Assembly: GCA_051362555.1 (NCBI GenBank)
Contig: CM120643.1
Location: 6,572,001-6,636,000, forward strand
Length of the DNA: 64,000 bases
Origin: Lingula anatina
Taxonomy: Eukaryota; Animalia; Brachiopoda
Reading direction: 5' to 3'
This document shows positions 1 to 13,858 of this stretch, in pieces; the first letter of the stretch is position 1; every line of letters starts with the position of its first letter. Below the pieces are notes generated by a model. It saw only the letters and a program-made list of their open reading frames with translations. It did not search any database and was not told the origin of the DNA. The position numbers and the translations under genes are program-made.

Positions 1-2812
1 TTTGTATAACCTGGTGTGTTAAAGTTAAAGGACAACAGTAAACACCCGAACGCACTCAAAAATCAATTTTTCCGACTCTCCCAAACATTTTATACCATCA
101 TCCATACCCTCCCCCCTTCATTTTTGTGCCGTTTTTTTCAACATATTTCCTTCTAATCCAACTTTCTCTATTGAATGACTCGTCAACATCTAATTTAAAC
201 TAAAATATTATATCATATTGTCATTTTCAATGGCTTATTAGATAATTTCTTTATGAACTTTTTATCCCCCTCCCCGCCTCGCGTTATGTCTTCACTAACA
301 CAATGGGGTGATATTTGTGGAGTCCGTCACAATCATGGTTGAGACAGCATCAGAATCAAAACACCGCAGTCTCTATCGTAAGGTTTAGTTGGTCAAACAT
401 AGCAAAAACTGCTCAGATATTCAAATCAGTGTACCTTATTGAGTCATGTCAAGAAAGCCAGTGACCTACATAATGTCGTTTCAATTTGGGGTTGATAAGG
501 ATCTGAAGTTAATTTTCGTCTGGCATTTTTTTAAATATACTGAACACAATTAAAAGTCGTCCAATGTATTTTTAATGTTGTAAAGTACAAATGAAGTTTC
601 ATCCATAAAATATTGGTGACAGTTGTAAAGGAAAGGCGGTCACTTCAGCCTGTCACCTCCCCCTACCATGAATGTAATAGGATGGACAGCCTGGAAGGAG
701 ACGTCACTGTCTCAGTGCTGAGTGATCAGGAAGTGGAGCGAAGGCGGCTTAGATATTAAGTATACGAATATCGTAATTTCAGCCATATCAATATAACGTT
801 TGAAGAAATCATTTTTAGGTATTTGGTAATAAGTTAATTGTGATTTATCTTTGAAAAGTATTTTGACGCCCGTTTACTTAAAAGTGGTTTTGAACATTTC
901 CCAACATTTTCCCCACATACAATTTATTTCCTCTTTCACTTCATCTCTTCACACCTCATAAAACAAAGGTAGATGCAGTTGCACTTCATGTTCAGTATTT
1001 TGAACTTCGTCGGTAGAAATAGTAGTGGCAGTGGAAGTTTACCGTGAGAAATGGCCAAGGAGGGGAAAATGCTGTGAAATGTCTTGTGAAGGTCTGGCAA
1101 TTGACATGTTGATATTTACATGTAGTGAGCGGTTTGTAGTGGAATTATAGAATATGATATAGGTATAGTAACAAACGTCCATTTCCGAAGTAAAGAACAT
1201 AATTCAAGTATTAAGGAGTTATAGCAGTATACAGTAATACTTCCATTTCGAATATTGGCAAGATTTCATAAATTAATATATAAGATTTCATTTCATTAAA
1301 ATGTGTGAGCTAAATTGAAGTTCTATTGATTTCTGCGTGACATATTATAAGATCAACCTTTCAAGACATAAGGGGCGAAATGCTCGAAATGCTGTTTGGA
1401 ACGGATTTGAAAAGGCTTTGTCCAAAGGTGTCTTTTACGTGTTTTTTTAGTATAACATCACGAATTTGAGGTCTTTTACGAATTAAATGTAACATATTCA
1501 AAACGTAATGGTATATCAGAAAGCATGGTCATCGGTTAAAAACTTGCTTTATTGTATTGAAATACGTTGTATACTATCGTAGTGTCAAGTTTGTCACAAG
1601 TGACATTTGTGAACTGGTACTATACGTGGTATTCTTCAGCAAGACAGCAGGGGATGACTTTCTAGTTTAGATGCGAATTAAGTACGCAGTAATATACAAA
1701 TTTTATGTCGGTTTAAAGCCAAATATTTTTTCTGTAATATTCATCTATTTCACCTAAATCACCAAGGAACACATTATCGAATCCATTAATAAATTCTACA
1801 AGTCCGGTGTCGAATTCTTAATTTCTTTTTTTACCGGCCGCGGCGTGAGTAAACTTCAGTCTCATTCTCCAAATGTACTGAAATAAAAAATAAAACGACT
1901 TACGCTCATTGTGTGTCTTTCTTTCAATGTTCAGAAGGGAAAAAAGGATTATCGTCTCTTAAAATTTGAGTATTTGCTGTCTTGTTGAGTAAGAGATGCC
2001 ATTTTACGAATCAAGATCGATTATTTTGTGTCTCAGGTGAAGTATGTAGAATTAAGAAATTTCATTTCTATTTGAGAAAAATCCCTTCTTGAAAAGCTCA
2101 TGTAAATACCATTCATATGACGGAAAAGAAACTACTTTCGTGTTTTACTTATCTCTGAACGTAGTTCTTACAATAAAAAATATGTACACGTTTTGTCCTG
2201 AAATATATGTTTTTGCCATTAATCTGTTGAACAAATACATTTATGGGAATGAAAATTGCTTTATTTTCCAAATTTAACAATTTCGGCAATTCTGTCTTAA
2301 CAGCATCATTATCTATCGGCCAGATGATACAGAAATTATTAATATTTATTGGAATTTAGAACAAAATATGTTCAGAAGGGTTTTTTTCGAATTGAAAATG
2401 CATGTAGGAAATATGAGAAAATCGTGATCTGTCCCTTGGATTTTAAGCCAGATTTCATGTGTTATCTAATTGAAAATGGATGTAGGAAATATGATCTGCT
2501 CATTGGATTTTAACCCAAATTTCATAAGTGAACATGTAGTTTGTTCTTTAAGTAGTTTTTGCAAGGAATTTTTTTAAAATTTCATATTCATTTTACTATC
2601 TAATGTTCATTAGTCTTTCCAGTTTGGCAATAGCTGTATAAACGTAGTATATGTTTTTATGTAGAACTTTTGACACTTTTTTTGCCAAACATAACGAAAA
2701 TGCGTGTCCGTTTTTTGCTCCCAACGATAAGAGTCTGACTGAAAAAAGCGTGCAATTTTAAACAGAGCATTTAATAAATATCTCATAATTTTCATTTTTA
2801 TATAGAGAAAAA

Positions 2813-2948
2813 CAATGGCGGATCCAGAACATTTGAAAGGAGTCAGATGTTGACATTTGGGGCGAGATGGAGTATTTTGAGAACTTAATCATGTGAATCC
2901 AGAATGGGTCTCTCACCATGGGGAGGGCGGAGACTAGATCCACCATTG
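2813..2948. mobile_element. short MITE with CAATGGCGGATCCAG-type terminal inverted repeats
   Basis: caatggcggatccag at 2813 versus ctagatccaccattg ending 2948; no clear TSD. Confidence 0.55.
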
Positions 2949-3309
2949 TTTTTTTTTCTATTTTAATGAAGAAGTTGAAATATTTTGTTTTTGTCATTAA
3001 GAACAAACATAACACCGTTATAGTATAGTAGATAATTTATTTGTCAAGTCGAATATATTAGAATGTTATACTTTTACACCTGGAAGTGAATTTAATAATA
3101 ATAATATAATATACATCATAATGTTATACTATGATAGCATAATATTCTTTTAGATACTAAACGCTTTTTAACTTGTAGTAATAAAAAGACTGAAGACGAT
3201 GATATTTTACAGATATATGTTTTATAAATAATTGAATACAAAAAAGCAATTTGTATTGCTCTTAATAAAAAAACTTATTGAATATACAAAATGTCTTAGC
3301 GTTTTTACT

Positions 3310-3700
3310 GATGGCTATATTGCTCAGTGGTAGCGTGGGGTTGGGGTTCGATTCCTGGCTCGGGCACTTTGGAATTACAATGAGGTGCTATTAGAAATTG
3401 TCTTTGGTTACTATAAGAAGAAAGTCTACACGGGGAGGGTGGGTGGGAACACTTAGAGGAGTAGGTAACGCGCTTGCCTCTGAGACAGAAGGTCCCCAGT
3501 TCGATTCCTGGCGGTTCTAGGTCCCAACAAGTTACCTTTTGCAAAAATAAACCCAAATAAACAATTCAAACTACTATAAGAGGAGCATACGAATGAGGAA
3601 AAACGCGTACTGAGACAGTGGCTCAGTAGGTAAGGCGACAGACTAAGAAGTAGAAAAGGGTAAGCTAGGAGTTGAAAACCTAGGGTTCAAGTCGAGCTGA
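3310..3700 (+). pseudogene. three successive degenerate tRNA-like (Pol III A/B box) sequences, probably SINE-head or pseudo-tRNA derived
   Basis: ttgctcagtggtagc...ggttcgattcc (~3310-3366); ~72-nt tRNA-like unit with aggtc variable loop and ccagttcgattcctgg T arm (~3446-3519); gtggctcagtaggtaaggcg...gggttcaagtc (~3612-3700). Stems are imperfect, so none is called a functional tRNA. Confidence 0.6.
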
Positions 3701-6700
3701 AGAAAAGAAAGTCAAGAATAAACATGTGACATTTTGCACATCATCTATTACAACTTTTATGTACGTTTATAACAAATACAAACAACTACACCATACAGAT
3801 GTATACAAAATCCTAACATTACGTTTTGACTCTACATAAAAAGTAATTTTCATAACGACTGCGCAATTTGAGATATAAATCAATCTTAAATACAACTATC
3901 TACAACTAAATGTGTGGGAGATTATATGCATTTTGAAAAGTGTCGCTCAAGATCAATCGTTTTGGTTTTAATAAAGAACATGAAATCTCCCTTTTTTATA
4001 TTTTTGCCCAAAGTTTCTTATAGATAAATAAATATGTACCTCATATTTTGTGTCATTTTTCTTCTCTTTAAATCTTAAAATAGGATTTAGGTGGCACAAT
4101 TTTGAATGAACACTTAAATTTATGCGTCGTGCGAATCAAGAACAGCATGAAGACATGGTCAGTTTACAACCTTATCCCAGTCATAGTCATTTCTAAGAAC
4201 AATATGTACACAAAATTAGAAAAGGTTATGCAAAAACAAATTTACTTAAAATAACTAAGCACATTTACTCAGAAAATGCTAATAAACTCAACTGTCTCTG
4301 GTTTTCAGTGATCAAGAAACACTCAGCAAAAATAACCCAACAGCACGTGCAGGACTGGCACCTAATCAGGTCTTTTGTTCTCAATCACCCCTTGATCACG
4401 ACCGATATATAGAATTAAGAAAATACCAAGTACAAGATCAACATTAAGTAAAACACTGACCTTCCAATTTTGTGGAAATCTTTCACTCTAACCAATCAAA
4501 GTGTCATTTTTTAAATAAATTTTCTGTTTTTTCATGTTTGATTAGACAAAAAAAAATTATGCGATTAACTGACCAAGTTTCTTTAATTACTAGGAAATAC
4601 CTATTTCCCCCAAATCAGAACTTTGCGACAACTTAAGTTTCGGATTTTTCAAAAATTTCAACTTGTAAAAGATGCGATAAATGCCAGTTCTACATGTACA
4701 TTTTAATTGACGCAAAAGGAAACACTTTCTGCTAATCACAGTTTCTCTTTGTGAGTATTTACGCTTTGTAATGAAGGTATAAAGTTAATTTCCCTACAAA
4801 AACTTATTAATTGCGAAAAAAACTAACCCAACCCCTGATTTGATTTTCTGAAAACGAACATTTCTACCCCCTCCCAGCAATAAAACTATGGGTCTGTCAC
4901 TGATCAGACATAGTACTAGTATATCAAAATACCGGGAACCCAAGGAAGTTTATTCTTACCATGCGACATAACCGCATATTCACAATTTTAGAAAGTCCCG
5001 TTTTAATACGTGTGGGCAATTCTGTAATAACTCTTAAAAGTGTCATAATTTGGATTACAGCGTTTAGTTTATTGTAAATTTACGTTTCGCTCATTTCATC
5101 CAATGAACCCACAATAAAAGATTCCTGAATGCATTTTTACGTATTTTTCTATTCTAGATTTAACTTCATAAAAATTAATATTTGTATTCAATTTTATATG
5201 AATAATCATGCATTTTTAAGTGCACAACAAAGCGTCTTATTACATATTTGCCCATACATATAATTTTACAATCAAACATTGAACCGGTCGTACTAGCACT
5301 GTGCTCTGCCTGGACTTTACTTAATGATAATTTTACAATTACTTTCATTTTCATAGATCACTTAAGCAAGACATTTTAGTATAACCTCAAAAGTGTCGTT
5401 TCAGATTCGAAAACTGGTCGGTATAAACAAAAATTTAAATTACAATAAAAACATCGTGCGAGGATAGAGTGCTGTACTACAACTTTTTTTACACATGTAT
5501 AATAATAAACCAGCGACGTGCAAGGTTGACGCTTGGATTTAGTCCATTTTATCGGAAGTTTCATGAAAAAACCACTCGTTACAAGCTGCACTTCATTTGA
5601 TACACGTTTTGATGCAGAATATTACAACCCAAAGCACACATTTCAAACCAAAGCAAATGTCAACCCTGCAAGTTGACTATACGACAAACTTAGGCACACA
5701 AGACAACGTTGACATGGGTGACTGGCGAACACGAATCTGATGTCTTTTCTCGGAGTGCGTCCATTCTCATCGTAGACGGTTGTTATGAGGCACTGAAATT
5801 AAATGAAAATGAAATGGATTAAACAAAATTCATAACAATATCTTAAGATTTGACAAAGTGAAATACATAATGATAATAACAATGATCTTGTTTGGTTTTT
5901 GACTTTCTTAGTTATACATTATTTTGCGTATTTTGTGGGTAGTGTGATATAAATTCAGGATTTTATTGCTACATGTGCTTATTAAAACCTCTTCAGAATA
6001 ATTCTACCAATTACTTTATTCCCTTGCATCCACACTTAAATAAATTCGTAATCCGAATTCTGGCACTTTAGCTCAACATTTTAAAAATCAAATACTTTAT
6101 GCAAACAATTTATTTCAGATTATAATATCAAGGACGGTATGTAATGGAAATTGCAATCAGAAAAAAATGAAGTCAAGGGAGGTCGACAGTGTCCAGCAAA
6201 TATACGTTTGCTTTCCTGGTCGCGGCTAGTTCTCTATAAAATAATTTGTTTATTGTCAGTTAACTTTAATAAACAGGATATATTTGTACAGGTCACTGTC
6301 AAAAAATAAAAAAAGGCACCCATTGGGAGCTGAGAATGTTACAGTAGTTACCTGCTTTGTCGTCTTGCTTTGTTTAAGACGGAATAACGCGTTCAGACCT
6401 TTGGACGGCTGGAATAATCTTCTCACTTCTTCATGAGTAAATACTTTCCTTTTGGAAAAAGCAATATAAAAAGTTATTAAACTTTCCAAGCTCATTTCAG
6501 CATTCATGTGAATGAAATATATCCAAGAGCCATTACGCCTGAAGTGGGAAATGCATACTTTTGGATAAAATATCGTCAACATAAACCTATCAGTGTTGCC
6601 TTATATCATCTATACAGTACTTACAACAAACTACAGCAGTTCTCAGTGCCAAAATTTCAGTCTACGTGTGGAAATTGTGGCAATGTGGCACGTGAAGCTT

Positions 6701-7168
6701 CTTCCTCTTCCTTCTGACCTTGGTCCTATCTGAATACCTCTCACCAAAATGCTCACCTGGTTTACGTAATCATATCACTGTCGCAGGATTGTGTTAGAGA
6801 AGACACGGTGCGTTTTTACCTGGTCTAAAACGTTACCATCAGGTTATTGAAAAAACAAGCTATTTTTGTCCAAAGACTTTCATCCCAAATGAATGAGGTT
6901 ATTATTATTAACGCATCCCAATTAAAACATGCTGTCGCCTATTGCTCTAGCACTATAAATATTTAATACTAGAGTTGTGGCGACTAAGGTTTGTACATGT
7001 ATATCTAACATTTTTATTCTTATGCAGCAGTACATATGAACTCAAATATGCTTCTTAGAAAAAACAAATCACATAAGAATCAGTTTACTGAGTTACGCAT
7101 CGTTCGTGAAGGTATTGTTTTCTGATTTCATTGTTTGTTCTCTGTCGTCGCGACTCTGTGGTTGCGTG

Positions 7169-7497
7169 CGACGTTGTATATGTGCGCACGCTTGTTTTTA
7201 CGTCGCTTATTCTTCTTTGTTACGTTAAAATGATACATACGTTACCAATACATACGTTACCATGAAGCGTGTAAATATTTATTCTATTTTCATTGGTTTT
7301 CTTTCGCTTTGTGGGCCAACACTTATGTCTTTTATTTGTGTTTCATTAAAATAGTGTTGGCGCACAAAAGGAGAGACAACCAATGAAAATAGAATAAAAA
7401 ATATTTACACGCTTTATGGTAACGTATGTATCATTTTAACGTAACAAAGAAGAATGAGCGACGTAATAACATGCGTGCGCACATATATACAACGTCG
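7169..7497. mobile_element. fold-back (palindromic) MITE-like element
   Basis: ~155-bp imperfect arms: cgacgttgtatatgtgcgcacgc...gccaacact versus agtgttggcgc...gcgtgcgcacatatatacaacgtcg. Confidence 0.75.
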
Positions 7498-7757
7498 CTG
7501 ACTTGATATCTGTAAGATTCTGCACGGAGAAATGGGAGACATGGCCTAGTTTTTTACCTCTCAAAAAGTTTGCAATATACTTTGTCTTTCAGTGGTCCCC
7601 GATTCTTTAATATTACCAATGTTATCACTTTGAACCGCATAAAATACTTTAGGAAGTAAAAGAATCATATTAGAAACTATCACTACACTTTCTTTTTATC
7701 ATTTTATTTTTATTCATCTTAGTATTGCCACTGACATATCTACTAGTGCCTTAATTT

Positions 7758-8010
7758 AGGACTCATTCCCAATGACACTATTGGTCTATGTAAATCGATC
7801 CAACTCCACAGGGACTCTTGCTGAATGCAATTGGATTGGCTTGCCTCCTTTTGTTTATAACATGCTTATTTTCAATTTTCTACTCAAAGCTAGGGGGTGG
7901 TATGCTAATCTCTTAATCTGATTACATTCAGCAAGAGTCCCCCTGAATTGATCTACCTAGACAGATAAAACACTGAATGCACTCTTATTTTTATTGGGAC
8001 TGAGTTCTTA
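7758..8010. mobile_element. decayed inverted-repeat MITE-like element
   Basis: gggactcttgctgaatgcaat versus attacattcagcaagagtccc; outer ggactcattcccaat versus attgggactgagttc. Confidence 0.55.
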
Positions 8011-8530
8011 GACCTAAATATTCTTACACAGTCATATAAATAAAACAACAACACATAATAATAATATCATTTAATATTTATTTATAATTAAAAGTTGGTT
8101 GGTACATTTATACTGTTGAAATGCTAATTCTCAGAAAAACAAAGGTCAAATACATTTTCAAGAAGTGCATTTAAATTGAAAGTTATGAATAAAGTTGATG
8201 AAATCATATAATTACCTAAAATAATATGAGTATGATAAATAGTGACAAAAACTGCATTGTAGACTTTCAATTTAATTTTTAAAGACATAAAAACTGTATT
8301 CATAAACATTTGCACAGTACTTTTTACTTACATTTTTGCATTAAAAATTCCCCATGTAAATGTATATGTACTTTCTAATATTTCATAAGGAAATAAAAGC
8401 CCGGAATTTACTGCAAAGAGACTGTAGTTTGCTGCTTTTAAAATGTTCTCTCTCATCACTGTATATCATGTCCACAGTGTGTTCAGTGACTTCTATATAA
8501 GACTACAGACACATATACAACTATGATCTA

Positions 8531-8699
8531 CAGGGGCGGATCCAGAAATATTTTCTGACAGTCTTCAAAATCATCTTTGTTGATCCATCCTCCATTTCTG
8601 ACCGTCTTCCGACAGATTAAAATTAGATACCCGTCCATGTAAATTTGAAAATCTGACCGTCTTCCGGAAGACCCAGAAGACGCCCTAAATCCGCCCCTG
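8531..8699 (+). mobile_element. MITE with CAGGGGCGGA termini; same family as 61875-62033
   Basis: caggggcggatcc...aatccgcccctg; internal sequence recurs reverse-complemented at 61875-62033. Confidence 0.8.
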
Positions 8700-8926
8700 A
8701 TCCCCACTGCACTGATGAATACAATAGTCGCATCATATTACCTGGTTGGAGTTATGTGTGTAAATGAAATATCTTTAATATGACAGTAAGTGTAATAGTA
8801 ACTTTCAAGTGGTGAAAAACTGGAAAATTTTTATTTATCACGTATCTTTCATCAGTTTTGTATACATACCTGTTGTAAGCATAGGTTTTACCCCCTACCC
8901 AGGTTCTGTATGATGTTATTTGTTAA

Positions 8927-9118
8927 TGAGCACATTTAGAACAGTGGACTAACTGATCCCTGGATCAAATATGGTGACCCACTAAATGCTAATGCTTGTT
9001 GCTTAATCCCCATAGGGAATCTGTTCAGTGTCTAATCAGGAATTAAGTGGCAAGCTTTTTGGTGGGTTGCCATATTTGATCCATGAACTAGTTAATCCAC
9101 TACTTTAAATGCGCTCAA
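8927..9118. mobile_element. palindromic MITE-like element
   Basis: tgagcacatttag...tggatcaaatatggtgaccc versus gggttgccatatttgatcca...taaatgcgctca. Confidence 0.7.
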
Positions 9119-10094
9119 TGAGGCATGAGAGAAAATATAACAACAGCTATAGGGGTATGATGTTTTCTTAGTGTTTAATTTCTCTTTCTCACCTCTCTTT
9201 ATCTATGCCTCTCTACAACTTCAACCCAGTTTCTCTGAAATAAAATTCTGCACTAATGAGCTTGATTAAATAAATAAACATTCTTTGATTACAAACAGCT
9301 CCAGAATTACTAGGTGGGAATTTACTAGGTACCAGTACTTATAACAGGCATTAACAATGTACGTAATGATTCAGTCATCATTCTGACTTGCTTTATTCAG
9401 TACTAATTTATTAGCACTGCTTCAGGCAAGCTAACTCAATATATAACTTTGGATATTTAAGATAAGAAAATGCCTTGTCATTTGATTCAATTTCATTAAA
9501 AAAACTAACAAAAAATTACAAAGTAAGCACCAAAAGTAATAATAAGTACTCATCTTTTATAAAGACTACGTACAATGAGATCACAACATTAGTGTACAGA
9601 CTAGTATAAAAGCTTTAGTATACTTACTGCAAGATGTTGCTTAATTCTTTATTTAAAGAAATAACAAAATGATTTTCTGCATTTCACTTATACAAAATTG
9701 CTGCAGATATCTTTTATACTTAATTATCTTTAGGCAAACCATAAGATGAGCACTACCATAAGACTAGACAGCAAAGCTGGCAAAATATACAGACACAAAA
9801 TATTCACCAAAATACACACACACAAAAAAGAAGAAATAAAAAAAAAGGTTAGATAAGATTCTGATATTTTTACTCATTCACAGTTGGGGGAGGCATGCAC
9901 AAGAATTGGGCTCCACTTCACGAAGCAGTAGTTTGTTAGTGATCAATAGTAGGCCTCTTCCTAGATATGAGTGCAGTTTCACCAAGCTATCGCTAGTTCT
10001 CTCTCTCATTATTGTGTTGTTGTTACCATGGATATTTCATGACTGGTTAGACCAGTCGCCAACTCTAGAGTTTCATCATACGCATGTGTATTAA

Positions 10095-10650
10095 ATGAAA
10101 AAGAAAGGTTGCAATATGGCGGCTGTCTTTCTTGCTATCCGGGCCACCAGAATACAAAGGAGACAACAACGGTTTTATCATAGAAAAAAACCATTAAAAT
10201 CTATGGACGCTGGAGAAATATTCAAAAGATTCTGCCTGTCTAGAAGAGAGGTGGATAGGGTCGTGGAGATCCTGCATGACAATCTCATAACATCGATGAA
10301 GATATCTCACACCCTCTCCACGCAGGTGCAAGTGCTCATTGCTTTGCAATATTTTGCAACTGGAAGCTACCAGAGAGTGGCGGGAGATGCTACTCTAGGA
10401 TGCAGCAAGAGCAGTGTCTCCTGGGCCATCCACAGGGTGGCAAATTTAATAGCAACCTCACAACATGAGGATCTTGCTGTCAAGTTTCCTACCAATCCCA
10501 AGGAAGTTAAAGCGATGAAGAAGAGATTTTATGATGTTGGGATGCATCGACAGTTCACTCATCCTTATACTGGCTCCTACCGATGATGATAGAGCAATAT
10601 TACATCAGGAGAAAAGGCTTCAATTGCCTTAAAAATTGTGGTAAATAGGC
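10095..10650 (+). pseudogene. PIF/Harbinger (HARBI1-like) DDE nuclease, N-terminal fragment
   Basis: RFCLSR...STQVQVLIALQYFATGSYQRVAGD...SKSSVSWAIHRV; after frameshifts GCIDSSLILILAP and YIRRKGFNCL (GxIDGTH / NRKG motifs); truncated. Confidence 0.85.
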
Positions 10651-10904
10651 TAGATGTTTGAAAAAAGAAACCACACTTGCAATGACCTTGTCCGTATGCA
10701 ATTTGTAAACAAAACAACTTACACAGACCAGCTACCACATCCTCGATTACTGCAATGACCAAATGCATTGTTAGCTATTTAAAAAGGAAATAATTTTCTA
10801 TTGACTTGCCAAGTCAGTATTATGACAATGCATTAAAGTCTTTCAAATATATGAATTTTAAGGTATACTAAGCAGAACAGTGTCATAAAAAACAATAGAC
10901 TGGC

Positions 10905-11500
10905 TACATGTATACATCAGAAACCTATGGACCGCTCAGCCTACTTACATAGCACCGGCTTTCATCCTTCACACATCAAAAAATCCATTGTATTTTGCTT
11001 TACAATATTACCTTAAGATACAATAGAATCAACTTGGAACCTGAAAAGAAGAGTGAACAACTTACAGATTTGCAAAAGATTTTTGAAAGACGGCAGTATG
11101 ACACGCAAATGATCAAAGAAACCAAGGGAAAAGCTAATAGAATCCCAAGAAAAGATCTTCTCCAATGCCAAAAAAGGGCACACACAAAAGGGTCCCTTTA
11201 GTAGTCACTTTTAATCCCACCCTTTACCACCTTAAAAAGATGGAACGGGATTTGCAACATATCTTTGACTCTGACACTACGCTCAAAGACATTTTTCCAT
11301 CTCCACCTATCGTCTCTTTCAGACAGCCTCCTAATCTGAAAAAACTCCTGGTTAACAATAACAGCCTTGGCGTCATGGGCACATTTCCTTGCAACAATAG
11401 AAGGTGCCTTCTCTGCCTGTGCAGCATTAACAGCCCCATCATCACTTCGGAAGGCAAGACACTCATCCCTAAGGGAAAATACACTTGTGACTCTCAGAAC
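10905..11500 (+). mobile_element. Penelope-like retroelement fragment (RT C-terminus and linker to GIY-YIG)
   Basis: KPMDRSAYLHSTGFHPSHIKKSI, LRYNRI, RVPLVVTFNP, SFRQPPNLKKLLV, PCNNRRCLLC, YTCDSQN; frameshifted. Confidence 0.85.
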
Positions 11501-11628
11501 AATTCTTTTCTATTATTAGGCATTTTATGTGTTTCAAACATCTAGAACTGATGTGCATGCTACATGTATCACATGTTCCAGTCCAAAATGTGACATTTCA
11601 ATATCAATTCATTAATTTCATTTTGCAG

Positions 11629-11740
11629 ATGACTATGACAAAGTTAGAAGGAAACTGAACATAGCTCAATATGAATCTGACATTGTAACAGAAAATGAGG
11701 AGATTATTCCAGCATCTCAGAGAAGTAAGAGAAAGAAGAG
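11629..11740 (+). pseudogene. isolated exon of a CACTA/EnSpm accessory (ORF2-type) gene
   Basis: ttgcag|...|gtaaga boundaries; DYDKVRRKLNIAQYESDI...RSKRKKR resembles the motif following the N-terminal exon of animal CACTA accessory genes. Confidence 0.55.
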
Positions 11741-12069
11741 GTAAGAAATGTCAGAGACTGCATGTGAACAGGATATTGTATTAACACAGTGAAAAAATAG
11801 AATCAAACTGACACTAATATGAATTGAATGTGGTGCCATAACAACTGGAAGAAATTGTGAATTGATTGAAAGGTTTGTGTTTTCTTTTCATTTAGTGCTT
11901 GAAAAACACAAATGCTATTTTCCTTGAAAAAATTAAAGATTAGTCCAGGTGTGTATGATTATATTATCTGTTATGTTATGTAGTCTATGTACGAGTACAC
12001 TCATATTTTTGTTTTAGTAGCACTAAAGATGAAGAATTTTTATGCTTAATAAATGTACTTGTTAATTTT

Positions 12070-12480
12070 TCGTCATGAGGTTCTCCAAAGAAGGCTCATA
12101 ATATTGGTGGCAATGCAGACTGCTGGTTTCAGGACCCCAGGCCAGCCAACTTCAGAAATAGAGCAGGATACAATCACTGCTTTCAGATTTGCAGAGATAA
12201 TGGCAGCTGCAGAGAAAAGGGACATGAACAAACTGTGTGAGTCACTGTTGTGTCCAAAACCTCAGCACACACCAGCAATCCGGCATGGACAGGACTACAA
12301 GAAATGCACCATACGCAAATTTGAGGAGAGTCATAATCTCTGGAAGCCCCTTTTTGGGGACCACACCAGATGGCTTGATTGGTGTTACTGTAGATGGCAT
12401 TGTAGGGGTCAAGTGCCCATATAAAGGCAGACACATGATAGTTGGTCTCAGACCTGATTTCCCCTTATTGGAATATGAGT
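12070..12480 (+). pseudogene. YqaJ (lambda-exonuclease-like) domain fragment 1, transposon-associated
   Basis: TITAFRF...TPAIRHGQDY..., then after a frameshift PFLGTTPDGLI...IVGVKCPYKGR. Confidence 0.8.
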
Positions 12481-12519
12481 GCTATAAGTCTAAAGAAAAC
12501 AAACAAATACTATACTCAG

Positions 12520-13140
12520 CACATGCAGACAGTATGGACATTAATGTGACCCCATCACAGGCATCATATGTGGTAAGCATAACACGCGAGAAAGCGAAGT
12601 CTGCGAAGTGGGGTCAGTACAGGGTTGGCCGGATCACAGCCTCAAGAATATACGAGGCTACATGCACCACCACAGAGACTCCCTCTAAGTGCCTTGTAAT
12701 AGGCATATGCAAGCAAGTATATGCCATTTAAGAGTGTACAGACTGGCTGGGGCATCAGGAAGGAACCAGTTGCTAAGAAGGAGTATAGCAAGCAGATGAT
12801 TCGGCAGCACAACAACTTCACCATGCAGGATAGTGGTCTGGTGCTTCATCCAGAGTACCCAGAGTTTGGAGCCAGTCCTAATGCCCTAGCTAGTCAGTTG
12901 CAGCTGTTGTGGCTCTAGGCTCTTAGAGGTAAAGTGCCCCTCCAGCCTGAAGGATTCTGAGATCATTGACATATGCCATATTTCAAGGACAAAAAGTCGA
13001 AAAAGGAAAGCAAGTAGTTTTATTAAGTGCAGATGCAACTTTTTTTAACAGAACGCAAATACTGTGACTTTTGCCTCTGGACACTGCATGCAGCCCTCTG
13101 TGAGAGAATCACCTGGGATAATGAACTGTGGGAGCATATT
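12520..13140 (+). pseudogene. YqaJ domain fragment 2 (ISL2EU-type accessory exonuclease)
   Basis: WGQYRVGRITASRIY, TGWGIRKEPVA, SGLVLHPEYPEFGASPNA, CSCCGSRLLEVKCP, QVQMQL-like, RKYCDFCLWT. Confidence 0.85.
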
Positions 13141-13858
13141 ATGTGCTGTTCTGTTTGATGTACAATAGTTTTCCACATTGTAACAATTATGAGATGGAAT
13201 TAATTTATATGTTACTTGCAATTCCTAGTAGAAAAAGGGAAAGTAGGGAAATGAGTCTGCCCCTCAGCGGTCCCGCCCCTCAGTATTAAGGTTTTTAAGT
13301 ATAAATAATGACTTGTCAACAATGTGCCAACAACATATATAAGTGTAACTTACAATAATTCAATTTTAAACAGTGGCATACTAATACCTCCAACAAAGTG
13401 CTTTAAGCAAACGAACGTTCTATCCCATTTTTCTTCTGTTATAATGTCTTTCCGATGTATAGCTTCTGGGTATGCTCGTGAAACTCGGAGACGGGGTTAT
13501 TACATGTCTCTTGTTTTATTTATTTATTTATTTATTTCAATTGTGCATAAATGCTACGGACTGTTGAGCACTCTGTACCACACTCACACTTGTTATATAT
13601 ATCTATGTGGTACATATATTTTTAAAATTCAACGAAACATTGGAGTCCATGCTGATGAAAGTGACAGGAAGACATGATTGAGACCAACAATTACAGCACG
13701 TTAGCTTTGGTTATAACACTGCTAAAAACAATACCACTGGATACTTGCCCTGGGTATGCCTGTGAAAAGCCATATGTCCTAAAGGTTACAAAATGATTGC
13801 CATAATAATAAAAGAATCAATAGAAGAAACCAAATCAAATTCACATTTACTTTTAGCT

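Noticed and set aside
675-760. short coding-like segment MDSLEGDVTVSVLSDQEVERRRLRY*
   Set aside because: Too short, with no supporting exons or family motif.
3446-3519. functional tRNA gene
   Set aside because: Acceptor, D and anticodon stems have several mismatches.
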